A stretch of 17,648 bases of DNA from Candidatus Hermodarchaeota archaeon. Its GTDB lineage: Archaea; Asgardarchaeota; Hermodarchaeia; Hermodarchaeales; Hermodarchaeaceae. Positions 1 through 6,935 of this stretch are shown one piece after another; the first letter of the stretch is position 1; each line of letters opens with the position of its first letter. The stretch covers positions 1-17,648 of the forward strand of contig JAEOTB010000034.1 of the NCBI GenBank assembly GCA_016840065.1, given 5' to 3'. The translations under genes were made by a program, and so were the position numbers. The notes beneath the pieces were generated by a model. That model was not told the origin of the DNA, ran no database searches, and saw only the letters and a program-made list of their open reading frames with translations.

Positions 1-1064
1 AAATATGTAAAACCATAAGGCGCCCACATCTGATCGGTCATAAAGGGAATGCGGGCTTTTGCATATTCTTCTTCAAGAGCCCCATAATCCATTAGATAAT
101 CTAAGACTTCCTTTTCGCTTTGCCCCTGTTGGTTAAGCATTACAAGGGCATTAATGCCTACAGCTCGCCGTAATTTCCCAATCTGAGCCGTTATTAGCTC
201 TGCTTCAGAAAGAGGTCGTTCCTGGCTTAGAATAGAAGTGCCAGTATTTGCTAGACCTTCTGCAATAGTGCAGTCAGGTGTGTTGATTACTGCAATAGTA
301 GCTTCGACATCGAGTTCACCGCGACTGTATCCAAGTTCACGAGATACTAGCTGAGTTTGGTGGCCTGGGTAGGTCTCATGACAAACCCACCCCCATAACC
401 CATATTTGCTATGAGGAAGTTTTACATTTACTTCGATTAGCGCGCGATAGTTTCCTTTATAGTGATTGTATGCCAACCACGGAGCATCTTTTACAGAGCG
501 GAATTCGACTTGTTCAGTTTCAGGTAGCTTGAACAACAGTTGTTGAGTTAATCGGCGAGCCTCTGAAGCAGCCTCTTTGGCCAATGTAACCACTTCACTT
601 CCTTCGGTTAACGCTCGTCTCCGCCATTGTTTTGCCATTGAAGCTAGACTTGTACTCATCTCTTTCCGGCGAAGCACCCTGAAGGCTTGTTCCTGTAATT
701 CTTCAACCCGTTCGCTACGAATAACAACAGGCTCTATATCAAGACCAACACGGACTCTCTGCTCGAATGTTATAGGTTCATTAAGGGCCAAACGGAGGAG
801 AAGAATCATGGCATCCAGTTGTCGTAAAAGAAATGTACGACGCGGCTCACTCTTTACTTCTGCTCGAATCCTGGATTGTAGGTGTTTCAGCGAACCGAGC
901 AATTCATCTGGATCAACTATTCTAGAGGTATCCGAAGAAATTGGAGGACCAAAATAACTGTCTACGACGATTGTTTTATTTCCGAGAATTCGTTTGATAA
1001 AACCATCCAATTGGTGAGCGAGAAAGATATAGCTCTCCCCAATTGAGGAAGGAGAACCTACCAA
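1..1064 (-). CDS. DUF885-like zinc metallopeptidase-family protein (partial, C-terminus off the left edge, >354 aa)
   Basis: Not in the ORF track. Manual translation gives a stop-free frame from TTG 1064 (GAGGT just upstream) to the window edge, with VDSYFGPP, PWLAYNHYKGNYRALIEVN, CHETYPGHQ (HETYPGH at 380-360) and a downstream AEGLA. These match DUF885-type HExxPGH...EG motifs. Confidence 0.8.
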   Translation of the reverse strand, partial: MVGSPSSIGESYIFLAHQLDGFIKRILGNKTIVVDSYFGPPISSDTSRIVDPDELLGSLKHLQSRIRAEVKSEPRRTFLLRQLDAMILLLRLALNEPITFEQRVRVGLDIEPVVIRSERVEELQEQAFRVLRRKEMSTSLASMAKQWRRRALTEGSEVVTLAKEAASEARRLTQQLLFKLPETEQVEFRSVKDAPWLAYNHYKGNYRALIEVNVKLPHSKYGLWGWVCHETYPGHQTQLVSRELGYSRGELDVEATIAVINTPDCTIAEGLANTGTSILSQERPLSEAELITAQIGKLRRAVGINALVMLNQQGQSEKEVLDYLMDYGALEEEYAKARIPFMTDQMWAPYGFTY

Positions 1065-1069
1065 AGATA

Positions 1070-1609
1070 TTACCTCTCAGGAAAATACTTCCTCATCAAA
1101 ACAACAGCGAGTTCTCTGAAGGCTTCGTTAACATTACGCCCGTCTAGAGCGGATGTTTCGTAATAGGTTGCACGCATTCGCTCTGCAATTTGTCGACCAA
1201 CGTCCCCTGAAACCTCCCGCTGTGGAAGATCAATCTTATTTGCTAGCACCATTCGCTCATAGTCTTTTCCTAGTATTCCTTCCACTTCAGCCATCCATCT
1301 CTTCTCAATTGATGCTGCGGATTCAGCGCGTGTAATATCAAAGACATAGATAACTGCCTGAGTTCCTTTGTAATACTTTTGCCGCAATGGTTCAAACCGC
1401 TCTTGACCACCAGTATCAAACATATTGAACTTGAGCTTCGCCCCTCTAACGTCAACGGATTTTGCGGTGATATTGACTCCGATTGACGGCTTGTAATCCT
1501 GATCAAATGTGTCTTCGGCGAAGCGTCGAATCAGACTTGTTTTGCCGACACTATAGTCACCGACTATGACTGTTTTTACTAGATAACGTGCCTCTTCAGT
1601 CATACTCAA
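1070..1609 (-). CDS. Rab-like small GTPase (Ras superfamily)
   Basis: G1 GDYSVGKT, switch I YKPSIGVNI, G3 DTGGQERF, YYKGT and YVFDIT (RabF4/F5-like), G4 NKID, G5 ETSAL. No C-terminal cysteines. The start may be the ATG at 1603. Confidence 0.93.
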   Translation of the reverse strand: MSMTEEARYLVKTVIVGDYSVGKTSLIRRFAEDTFDQDYKPSIGVNITAKSVDVRGAKLKFNMFDTGGQERFEPLRQKYYKGTQAVIYVFDITRAESAASIEKRWMAEVEGILGKDYERMVLANKIDLPQREVSGDVGRQIAERMRATYYETSALDGRNVNEAFRELAVVLMRKYFPER

Positions 1610-1677
1610 TCAGTTATTAACTGCAAGTTTAGAGCTAAGAGCATTGCGCTAGCCATTCAAAAAGCATGGTCTTTGAG

Positions 1678-1785
1678 AAAAAGTGAGGAAGGAAGCGAAG
1701 GGGAACAATAAGGAAGGGAGGGGAGCGAGGGAGGGCGAGGAACGAATGATGCGGACACAACCGGTCACTCTCTTTCGCTTCCTTC
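1678..1785 (-). ncRNA. Candidate structured small RNA or 5' leader of the Rab operon
   Basis: Perfect 12-bp inverted repeat (1688-1699 / 1774-1785) enclosing a purine/pyrimidine-skewed tract. On the minus strand a TTTAAATA box lies ~26 nt upstream of the 5' arm and a U5 tract follows the 3' arm. Confidence 0.45.
1716..1735 (+). other. Canonical G-quadruplex motif GGG-A-GGGG-AGCGA-GGG-A-GGG
   Basis: Four G-runs of at least 3 with loops of 1, 5 and 1 nt; a fifth G-run at 1700-1703. Confidence 0.6.
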
Positions 1786-1807
1786 AACAAGGCTGTCTCA
1801 GAAATGA

Positions 1808-1815
1808 TATTTAAA
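1808..1815 (-). promoter_or_regulatory. Putative archaeal TATA box (TTTAAATA)
   Basis: Matches TTTAWATA; predicts a start site near 1785, the first base of the inverted-repeat arm. The BRE is weak. Confidence 0.45.
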
Positions 1816-1889
1816 GTCCAAGAAAAGGGAGGCGGGAGTTGCAGCTAGTGTGATACGAGATGCTTCTTTTTACTTGAACCTTTTCGAGT

Positions 1890-2762
1890 CTAGAATTTCG
1901 CTAGACTGGCACGGTTACGAACATAGCGATCGCTTACTCGGAACAGAAGCCACCCTAGCAAGAGAACTATCAAATCCAGTATTAACAGAAGCCCGATAGA
2001 CATCCAAGCTGACATTGAGAAGGGTCCAAGGAGGAGGAATTGGCGAAAACTTTCCAAGCCATGGTAGGTTGGTACTCCTTGAGCAATAACCTGAAGGGAA
2101 TAAGGAAGAACAACCAGAGGATAACTCATAGGTGTAAGAAGCTTAATGGCACTAACTAGGGTTTCAACAGCCATCCATGCGCGACGCGCAACAAGGACAA
2201 CGCATGCGAAGAACAAGACAACCCCTTGCAGCCCAAGAACCATCAGACCAACAGCGAGGAGGGCTGGGAGTATGCCAGCTAGGTTCAATTGGAGACCGAA
2301 AAGGGCCCCTGCCGCGCCAAGCTGGAGCAGAACACCCAGTCCACCATGTTGTATGTTATGAATACTTGAACCGAACAGTATCGTGGTTCGCCCAACAGGT
2401 GTCGAATATAAGCTTTCTAAAGTACCCACCCATTGTTCTCTTCGAAACGCCATTCCAGTCCCCCAAAGTGAAGAATCTATTAGTGCTACAAAACAGAAAC
2501 CTAATGCACTATAGGTGAACCAATCTGAAGTATAGGTTATTGTTCCTAGCGCTGTAGAAGTAGTACTACCTGTGAGTGCAAACCCGAAAAACAGGAGAGG
2601 TATCAGCCAGAGAAAGGGGCTCACAATGAAATAGAGGAGACTCAGTGGATAGCTTAGCTCGACTTTCCATTGTTTTATGGCGAGCCGCCACGCCGCGGAG
2701 ATTTCATATCGCCACCCACTCCTACCAAGCAATTCCGATTGGTTTTCAAAGGATGTACTCAT
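1890..2762 (-). CDS. ABC-2 type exporter permease
   Basis: About six hydrophobic helices and RREQWVGTLESLYSTP (ABC-2 ExxxGTLE motif); abuts the upstream permease with no gap. Confidence 0.9.
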   Translation of the reverse strand: MSTSFENQSELLGRSGWRYEISAAWRLAIKQWKVELSYPLSLLYFIVSPFLWLIPLLFFGFALTGSTTSTALGTITYTSDWFTYSALGFCFVALIDSSLWGTGMAFRREQWVGTLESLYSTPVGRTTILFGSSIHNIQHGGLGVLLQLGAAGALFGLQLNLAGILPALLAVGLMVLGLQGVVLFFACVVLVARRAWMAVETLVSAIKLLTPMSYPLVVLPYSLQVIAQGVPTYHGLESFRQFLLLGPFSMSAWMSIGLLLILDLIVLLLGWLLFRVSDRYVRNRASLAKF

Positions 2763-3665
2763 TTAGAAAGCCGCCATTTTACCCTTTTTACGTGTATGCC
2801 GCTCTGCTAGTCTGAAGACTAGTATTCCACCTATCCAGAAGACTACTACAAGGATTAGTAGAATGAATACATCACCCCAAAGCAGGGCAATTCCAGAAGC
2901 AGCCAATGCTGCTTCACGAATTCCTATTATAGCAAACGTCGATGGAAGTATTAGACTCAGAGGTTGCACCCACGATGGAAGCATACCCACGGAATAGTTG
3001 ACTGGAGTCAGCGTGTAGATAACTACATGGACAAATTGAGTCAGTACTGAAGGATCCTTGAATACTAGTATGAGTCCTGAGAAGGCGAAGGCAAATCCAG
3101 TGAATGCTACAATCATTAAGAATAGAAGGAGAAGGATTGGTAACACAGCAGTAAGAGCAAAGTGAAGATTGAATATCACCACACTCAGCCCAAAAAGAAT
3201 GGCAGTGCTAATCGAGGTGGTTATCAATTCTGCGATTGCAGCACCAAGAAGAATCGAGAGACGCGGAGCAGGAATGAGGAACATTGGCTCCAAGACCCCA
3301 GCAAACTGATACCAGCGAAGAGTGTTCCCAACTCCCCATATCGCGCTGTCCACATAACTGAAAACAACCCAGCCTAAAGCGAGGTAGGGAATGAAATTAA
3401 CATATCCTGTTGCCTCCCCGAATTGGGTACTTGTTATTCCGCCGCTGAACGCGATTCCTGTGAATATGAAAGGCATCACCCAAAGGATCGGCATGACCCC
3501 CCATATGATCATATTTGCTGGGTACCGAAGGCTAACACGTAGACTATTTCTTGCAATGGTTAGGGCAGCAGAGAAATCGATGACACGAGCAGGAGCTGCT
3601 CTAAGCACGGCTGTTTCTCCATCAGAAAAGTCTAGCTGGAACTCACTACTGCGCTGAGACACCAT
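2763..3665 (-). CDS. ABC-2 type exporter permease
   Basis: Hydrophobic helices and RWYQFAGVLEPMFLIP. Start moved from 3833 to ATG 3665 (MVSQRSS), which has an upstream GGAGG and leaves only a short overlap with the ATPase. Confidence 0.88.
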   Translation of the reverse strand: MVSQRSSEFQLDFSDGETAVLRAAPARVIDFSAALTIARNSLRVSLRYPANMIIWGVMPILWVMPFIFTGIAFSGGITSTQFGEATGYVNFIPYLALGWVVFSYVDSAIWGVGNTLRWYQFAGVLEPMFLIPAPRLSILLGAAIAELITTSISTAILFGLSVVIFNLHFALTAVLPILLLLFLMIVAFTGFAFAFSGLILVFKDPSVLTQFVHVVIYTLTPVNYSVGMLPSWVQPLSLILPSTFAIIGIREAALAASGIALLWGDVFILLILVVVFWIGGILVFRLAERHTRKKGKMAAF

Positions 3666-4650
3666 TAGTGATTCGCCTCCCGGTTTTCTGGATGAAGACA
3701 TCATCGAGTGTAGGCTCGTCAAAGGCAAACCTAAGCACTTTCCCACCTTGTGCTTCAACGGTGTCCAGAAAACGGCGGAGAACAGCAGCACCATCACGGA
3801 CATGGACACGTACAGTCGTAGCGTCTGAAGCATCCGAATTGACAGTTACCTTCGAAACACCAGGAATCCCTTTGAATGGTTTTACACGGACTATGCCTTT
3901 GATTTGCAGGGTTAGAACATCAAAATCGCGAGTCTGCCGTTTAAGCTCAGCAGGCGTACCTGAGGCAACAATTTGCCCCTCATGTAACAAGTCAATCCTA
4001 TCGCAGAGAAAATCTGCTTCATTCATATAATGCGTAGTCAATAGGATGCACTTGTCACGTAATTTATCGCGTACAAGCTGACGTATTTCCCTTGCGAAGC
4101 CAGGATCAAGACCAAGCGTCGGTTCGTCATAGAGGAGAGTGGGGGGATCGTGGAGAAGGCTTCGAGCAAACACGATCTTCATTTTCATACCAGATGAGTA
4201 GTCTTCGCATTTTATATCGGCTTTTTCTTGTAGCCCCATTAGACCAAGCAGTTCGTCTGCGCGCTCTTTGGCTTCGTTTCGGGTGAGGCGGTAGAGCCGC
4301 CCGAAGAAGATGAGGTTCTCTCGTCCACTGAGTTTGTGGTAGATGCTTCTCTCCCCGCCGGTTATGACCCCTATTGTTGCGCGTGCCTCTGTAGGCTGCC
4401 GGACCACGTTGAATCCGTTTACGGTGGCTTCTCCACTATCAGGCAGAACTAGCGTTGAGAGTATTTTGATTGTCGTGGTTTTCCCTGCTCCGTTAGGTCC
4501 AAGTAGTCCGACAATTTCACCACGTTGAACCTTGAAGTCTATTCCTTTGAGGGCTTTTGTTTCTCTTTTTGAAACTGGGACAACTCCGTATTTTCGTTTA
4601 GTGGAGCGGTAGGTCTTTGTTAGCTTGCGGACGCTGATACCTAGATTCAT
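3646..4650 (-). CDS. ABC exporter ATP-binding subunit (DrrA-like, with C-terminal regulatory domain)
   Basis: Walker A GPNGAGKT, signature YSSGM, Walker B LLYDEPT, H-loop TTH, C-terminal EPTLDDVF. Likely start ATG 4650 (track start 4686). Confidence 0.93.
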   Translation of the reverse strand: MNLGISVRKLTKTYRSTKRKYGVVPVSKRETKALKGIDFKVQRGEIVGLLGPNGAGKTTTIKILSTLVLPDSGEATVNGFNVVRQPTEARATIGVITGGERSIYHKLSGRENLIFFGRLYRLTRNEAKERADELLGLMGLQEKADIKCEDYSSGMKMKIVFARSLLHDPPTLLYDEPTLGLDPGFAREIRQLVRDKLRDKCILLTTHYMNEADFLCDRIDLLHEGQIVASGTPAELKRQTRDFDVLTLQIKGIVRVKPFKGIPGVSKVTVNSDASDATTVRVHVRDGAAVLRRFLDTVEAQGGKVLRFAFDEPTLDDVFIQKTGRRITNGVSAQ

Positions 4651-4776
4651 TGCGCTACTACTCACTAGCCTTGTGATGTGAGGCACGTTTACACTGTTTT
4701 ATGTAATTTTTGGTGAGGTGAAAGAGACGACCAATGGGGGAGCATTTAGAGCGTGTTGTCCACGAAAGAGTGTAAA

Positions 4777-5034
4777 TCAGTTCTTTCTGAGAGTACGCGT
4801 TACCATCAGCGTCAAGGTTTCTTTTACTCCCTCGGTTGGTCGGAGAATGGTAAATACAAAGTCGTTGAGGCTTTCCTCGTCAGGGACATCGATTAGAAGG
4901 AAGATGTCATGGATGCCGTATACGCTAGAGACCTCTTTCACATGGGGCTGGTCTTTTAGGTGATTATACACCGAGTCAGTCAATGGCGGGTCAACATCAA
5001 TTAGTATTATTGCTGTAAGGGTCATGATGAGCAT
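4777..5034 (-). CDS. Stand-alone Lrp/AsnC ligand-binding (RAM) domain protein
   Basis: AIILIDV...VKEVSSVYGIHDIF...LRPTEGVKETLTLMV pattern; no HTH present. Confidence 0.85.
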   Translation of the reverse strand: MLIMTLTAIILIDVDPPLTDSVYNHLKDQPHVKEVSSVYGIHDIFLLIDVPDEESLNDFVFTILRPTEGVKETLTLMVTRTLRKN

Positions 5035-5181
5035 CCCCTTGGAGGAACATTCTTTCCTTACTCTTGCTACCTTAAAAGTTTGGTTGACGAGTAGGATATG
5101 ATAAAATTCAAAAACACATGGTGTGCATGTAATGGAGAGTATCTCGTTAGCTAGATTCTAAACAAATCCCCAGGAGGGATT

Positions 5182-6861
5182 CTGTTCGACTTTGAAAAAG
5201 AAGACAAGATTGTAGTAACAATGGGGCTACCCTATGCAAATGGTCCAGCCCATACTGGACATTTACGAACATACATTCCAGGCGATGCATATACTAGATA
5301 TCTGAAGCTGTTTGGATATGATGTCGTTTTTGTGTGTGGTTCTGACACACACGGCGCTCCCATCGAGATGTCTGCTCGTCAGGCGGGGGTTTCCCCTCGC
5401 GTACTTGTTGACAAATATCACAAACACTATCTTAGAGTCTTTGAGAAACTAAGGATTGATGTGGATCTTTACGGGTCAACGGAAGAGCAATATCATTACG
5501 AGCATGTTCAAGAAATTATTCGAACGTTAGAGAGCAAAGGATATATTGAAGCAAGGAAAGTGAAACTACCTTATTGTCCAACCTGTAAGACCTTTTTAGC
5601 AGACCGATTTCTTCGTGGAATCTGTCCATTCTGTGGAGAATTAGCGCGTGGAGATGAATGTGACCAAGGCTGCCAGCGCTATCTCGATGCTGACCAATTG
5701 AAAGAGCCACGATGTGTCACCTGTGATTCTGTTGCAGAGATGCGAGAAGCAAGACATCACTTCCTCAAGCTATCGATGTTTAATGACTTCCTCCTAGAAT
5801 TCAACGAGCAGCTTCGTGGGACAGCTATTGCTCGTAATTACGCATTAGGGTGGATTCGTCAAGGCCTAAAGGACTGGTGCATTTCCAGGAACTTAAAATG
5901 GGGCATACCTTATCCAGATGATGAAGCACTCACCCTCTACGTTTGGGCTGAAAATTATGCGGGATACATCTCCTTTCTTCAGGAGTGGGCTAGACAAAAA
6001 GGAGTCGATTGGAAGGAATACTGGGGAAAAGATGGAAAGATTATCAATTTCATTGGAGCAGATATTGTCTATCATCATGCTGTATTTTGGCCAGCCATGC
6101 TAAAAGGAGCTGACTACGGTCTTCCCTGGGCCATTGTTGCAAGCGGCATGGTCAAAGTTGAAGGACATGTTTTTTCGAAGAGCCGTGGTTTCTATACTTT
6201 GGTTGAGGAAGACTATGTCCAAAACGGAATTGATTTAGACGCTGTGCGTTATTACGTGCTAAGCTATACAGGTCATACAAGAGATCTTGATTTCACTTGG
6301 AAGGGATTTCAAACCAAGGTAAATAATGAGCTAGTTGGAATTCTCGGTAACTTCGCATACCGCACACTTCTTTTCAACTACAAGAACTTCGGAGAGATAC
6401 CGTCTGGGTCAGTTAAAGAAACTACCCGAAATGAAATTAGCCAAGCAATTGAAAAAATCAAGGAGGCCCTATCCAGCTTCAAGTTCAAAGAAGCAGTAGA
6501 TAGAGTCATGAAACTAGCTGCTTTTGGAAACACAATCTTTCAACAATGTGAGCCTTGGAAGAGCATAAAGGAGGATTCCGAGCTTTGCAAATCTGATCTT
6601 TATCAGTGCCTCCAACTTCTAAAAGCCATCGCAATATTGGTCAACCCTGCCATGCCAACTGTTGCAGAGAAGATATGGAAGTATCTAGGTCTAACAGGGG
6701 ATGTTCACCAAGCAGGTGTAGAGGATAGTCTAGTTCCCCTAGTCTCAGGTACGAAACTACCAAAACCAAAGCACATTTTTGAAAAGATTCCTGACGAAAA
6801 AATCGAGAAAATGACACAGATTCTTGAAGCACGAATCCAGAAGGCACTCAACCAATCCTAG
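5182..6861 (+). CDS. metG: Methionine--tRNA ligase (no C-terminal tRNA-binding OB domain); probable CTG start
   Basis: GLPYANGPAHTGH (HIGH), GSDTHG, four Cys pairs (zinc knuckles), DWCISRNLKWG, VFSKS (KMSKS), NNELVGILGNF. The conserved KIVVT strand lies upstream of ATG 5221, so the start is placed at CTG 5182 after GGAGG 5173-5177. Confidence 0.93.
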   Translation: MFDFEKEDKIVVTMGLPYANGPAHTGHLRTYIPGDAYTRYLKLFGYDVVFVCGSDTHGAPIEMSARQAGVSPRVLVDKYHKHYLRVFEKLRIDVDLYGSTEEQYHYEHVQEIIRTLESKGYIEARKVKLPYCPTCKTFLADRFLRGICPFCGELARGDECDQGCQRYLDADQLKEPRCVTCDSVAEMREARHHFLKLSMFNDFLLEFNEQLRGTAIARNYALGWIRQGLKDWCISRNLKWGIPYPDDEALTLYVWAENYAGYISFLQEWARQKGVDWKEYWGKDGKIINFIGADIVYHHAVFWPAMLKGADYGLPWAIVASGMVKVEGHVFSKSRGFYTLVEEDYVQNGIDLDAVRYYVLSYTGHTRDLDFTWKGFQTKVNNELVGILGNFAYRTLLFNYKNFGEIPSGSVKETTRNEISQAIEKIKEALSSFKFKEAVDRVMKLAAFGNTIFQQCEPWKSIKEDSELCKSDLYQCLQLLKAIAILVNPAMPTVAEKIWKYLGLTGDVHQAGVEDSLVPLVSGTKLPKPKHIFEKIPDEKIEKMTQILEARIQKALNQS

Positions 6862-6935
6862 TAGAGACCCCCATCATTGTATCCAGTACAACTACAAAAA
6901 GTATTATGCGTGTTTTAACCTCTTGCTAGTGACTG

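Noticed and set aside
360-420. Possible frameshift in the G-rich stretch before HETYPGH
   Set aside because: Careful translation is continuous: SKYGLWGWVCHETYPGH.
577-957. 126-aa plus-strand ORF from the track
   Set aside because: Antisense shadow of the motif-bearing DUF885-like gene on the minus strand.
1744-1801. ATGATGC as a C/D-box or SECIS core in the intergenic element
   Set aside because: Imperfect C box, no suitably placed CTGA D box on the same strand, and no TGA-interrupted gene nearby.
3666-3833. 56-aa N-terminal extension of the permease overlapping the ATPase
   Set aside because: An SD-supported ATG at 3665 is the better start; the extension shows no recognisable features.
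5116-5130. ACATG-N5-CATGT palindrome in the Lrp/metG divergent region
   Set aside because: A 5-bp arm is expected by chance and there is no second copy.
6859-6864. Stop-codon read-through (Pyl/Sec), given several TAG- and TGA-ending genes
   Set aside because: Recognisable proteins end at expected family lengths, metG has tandem TAG TAG, and no conserved continuation is visible.
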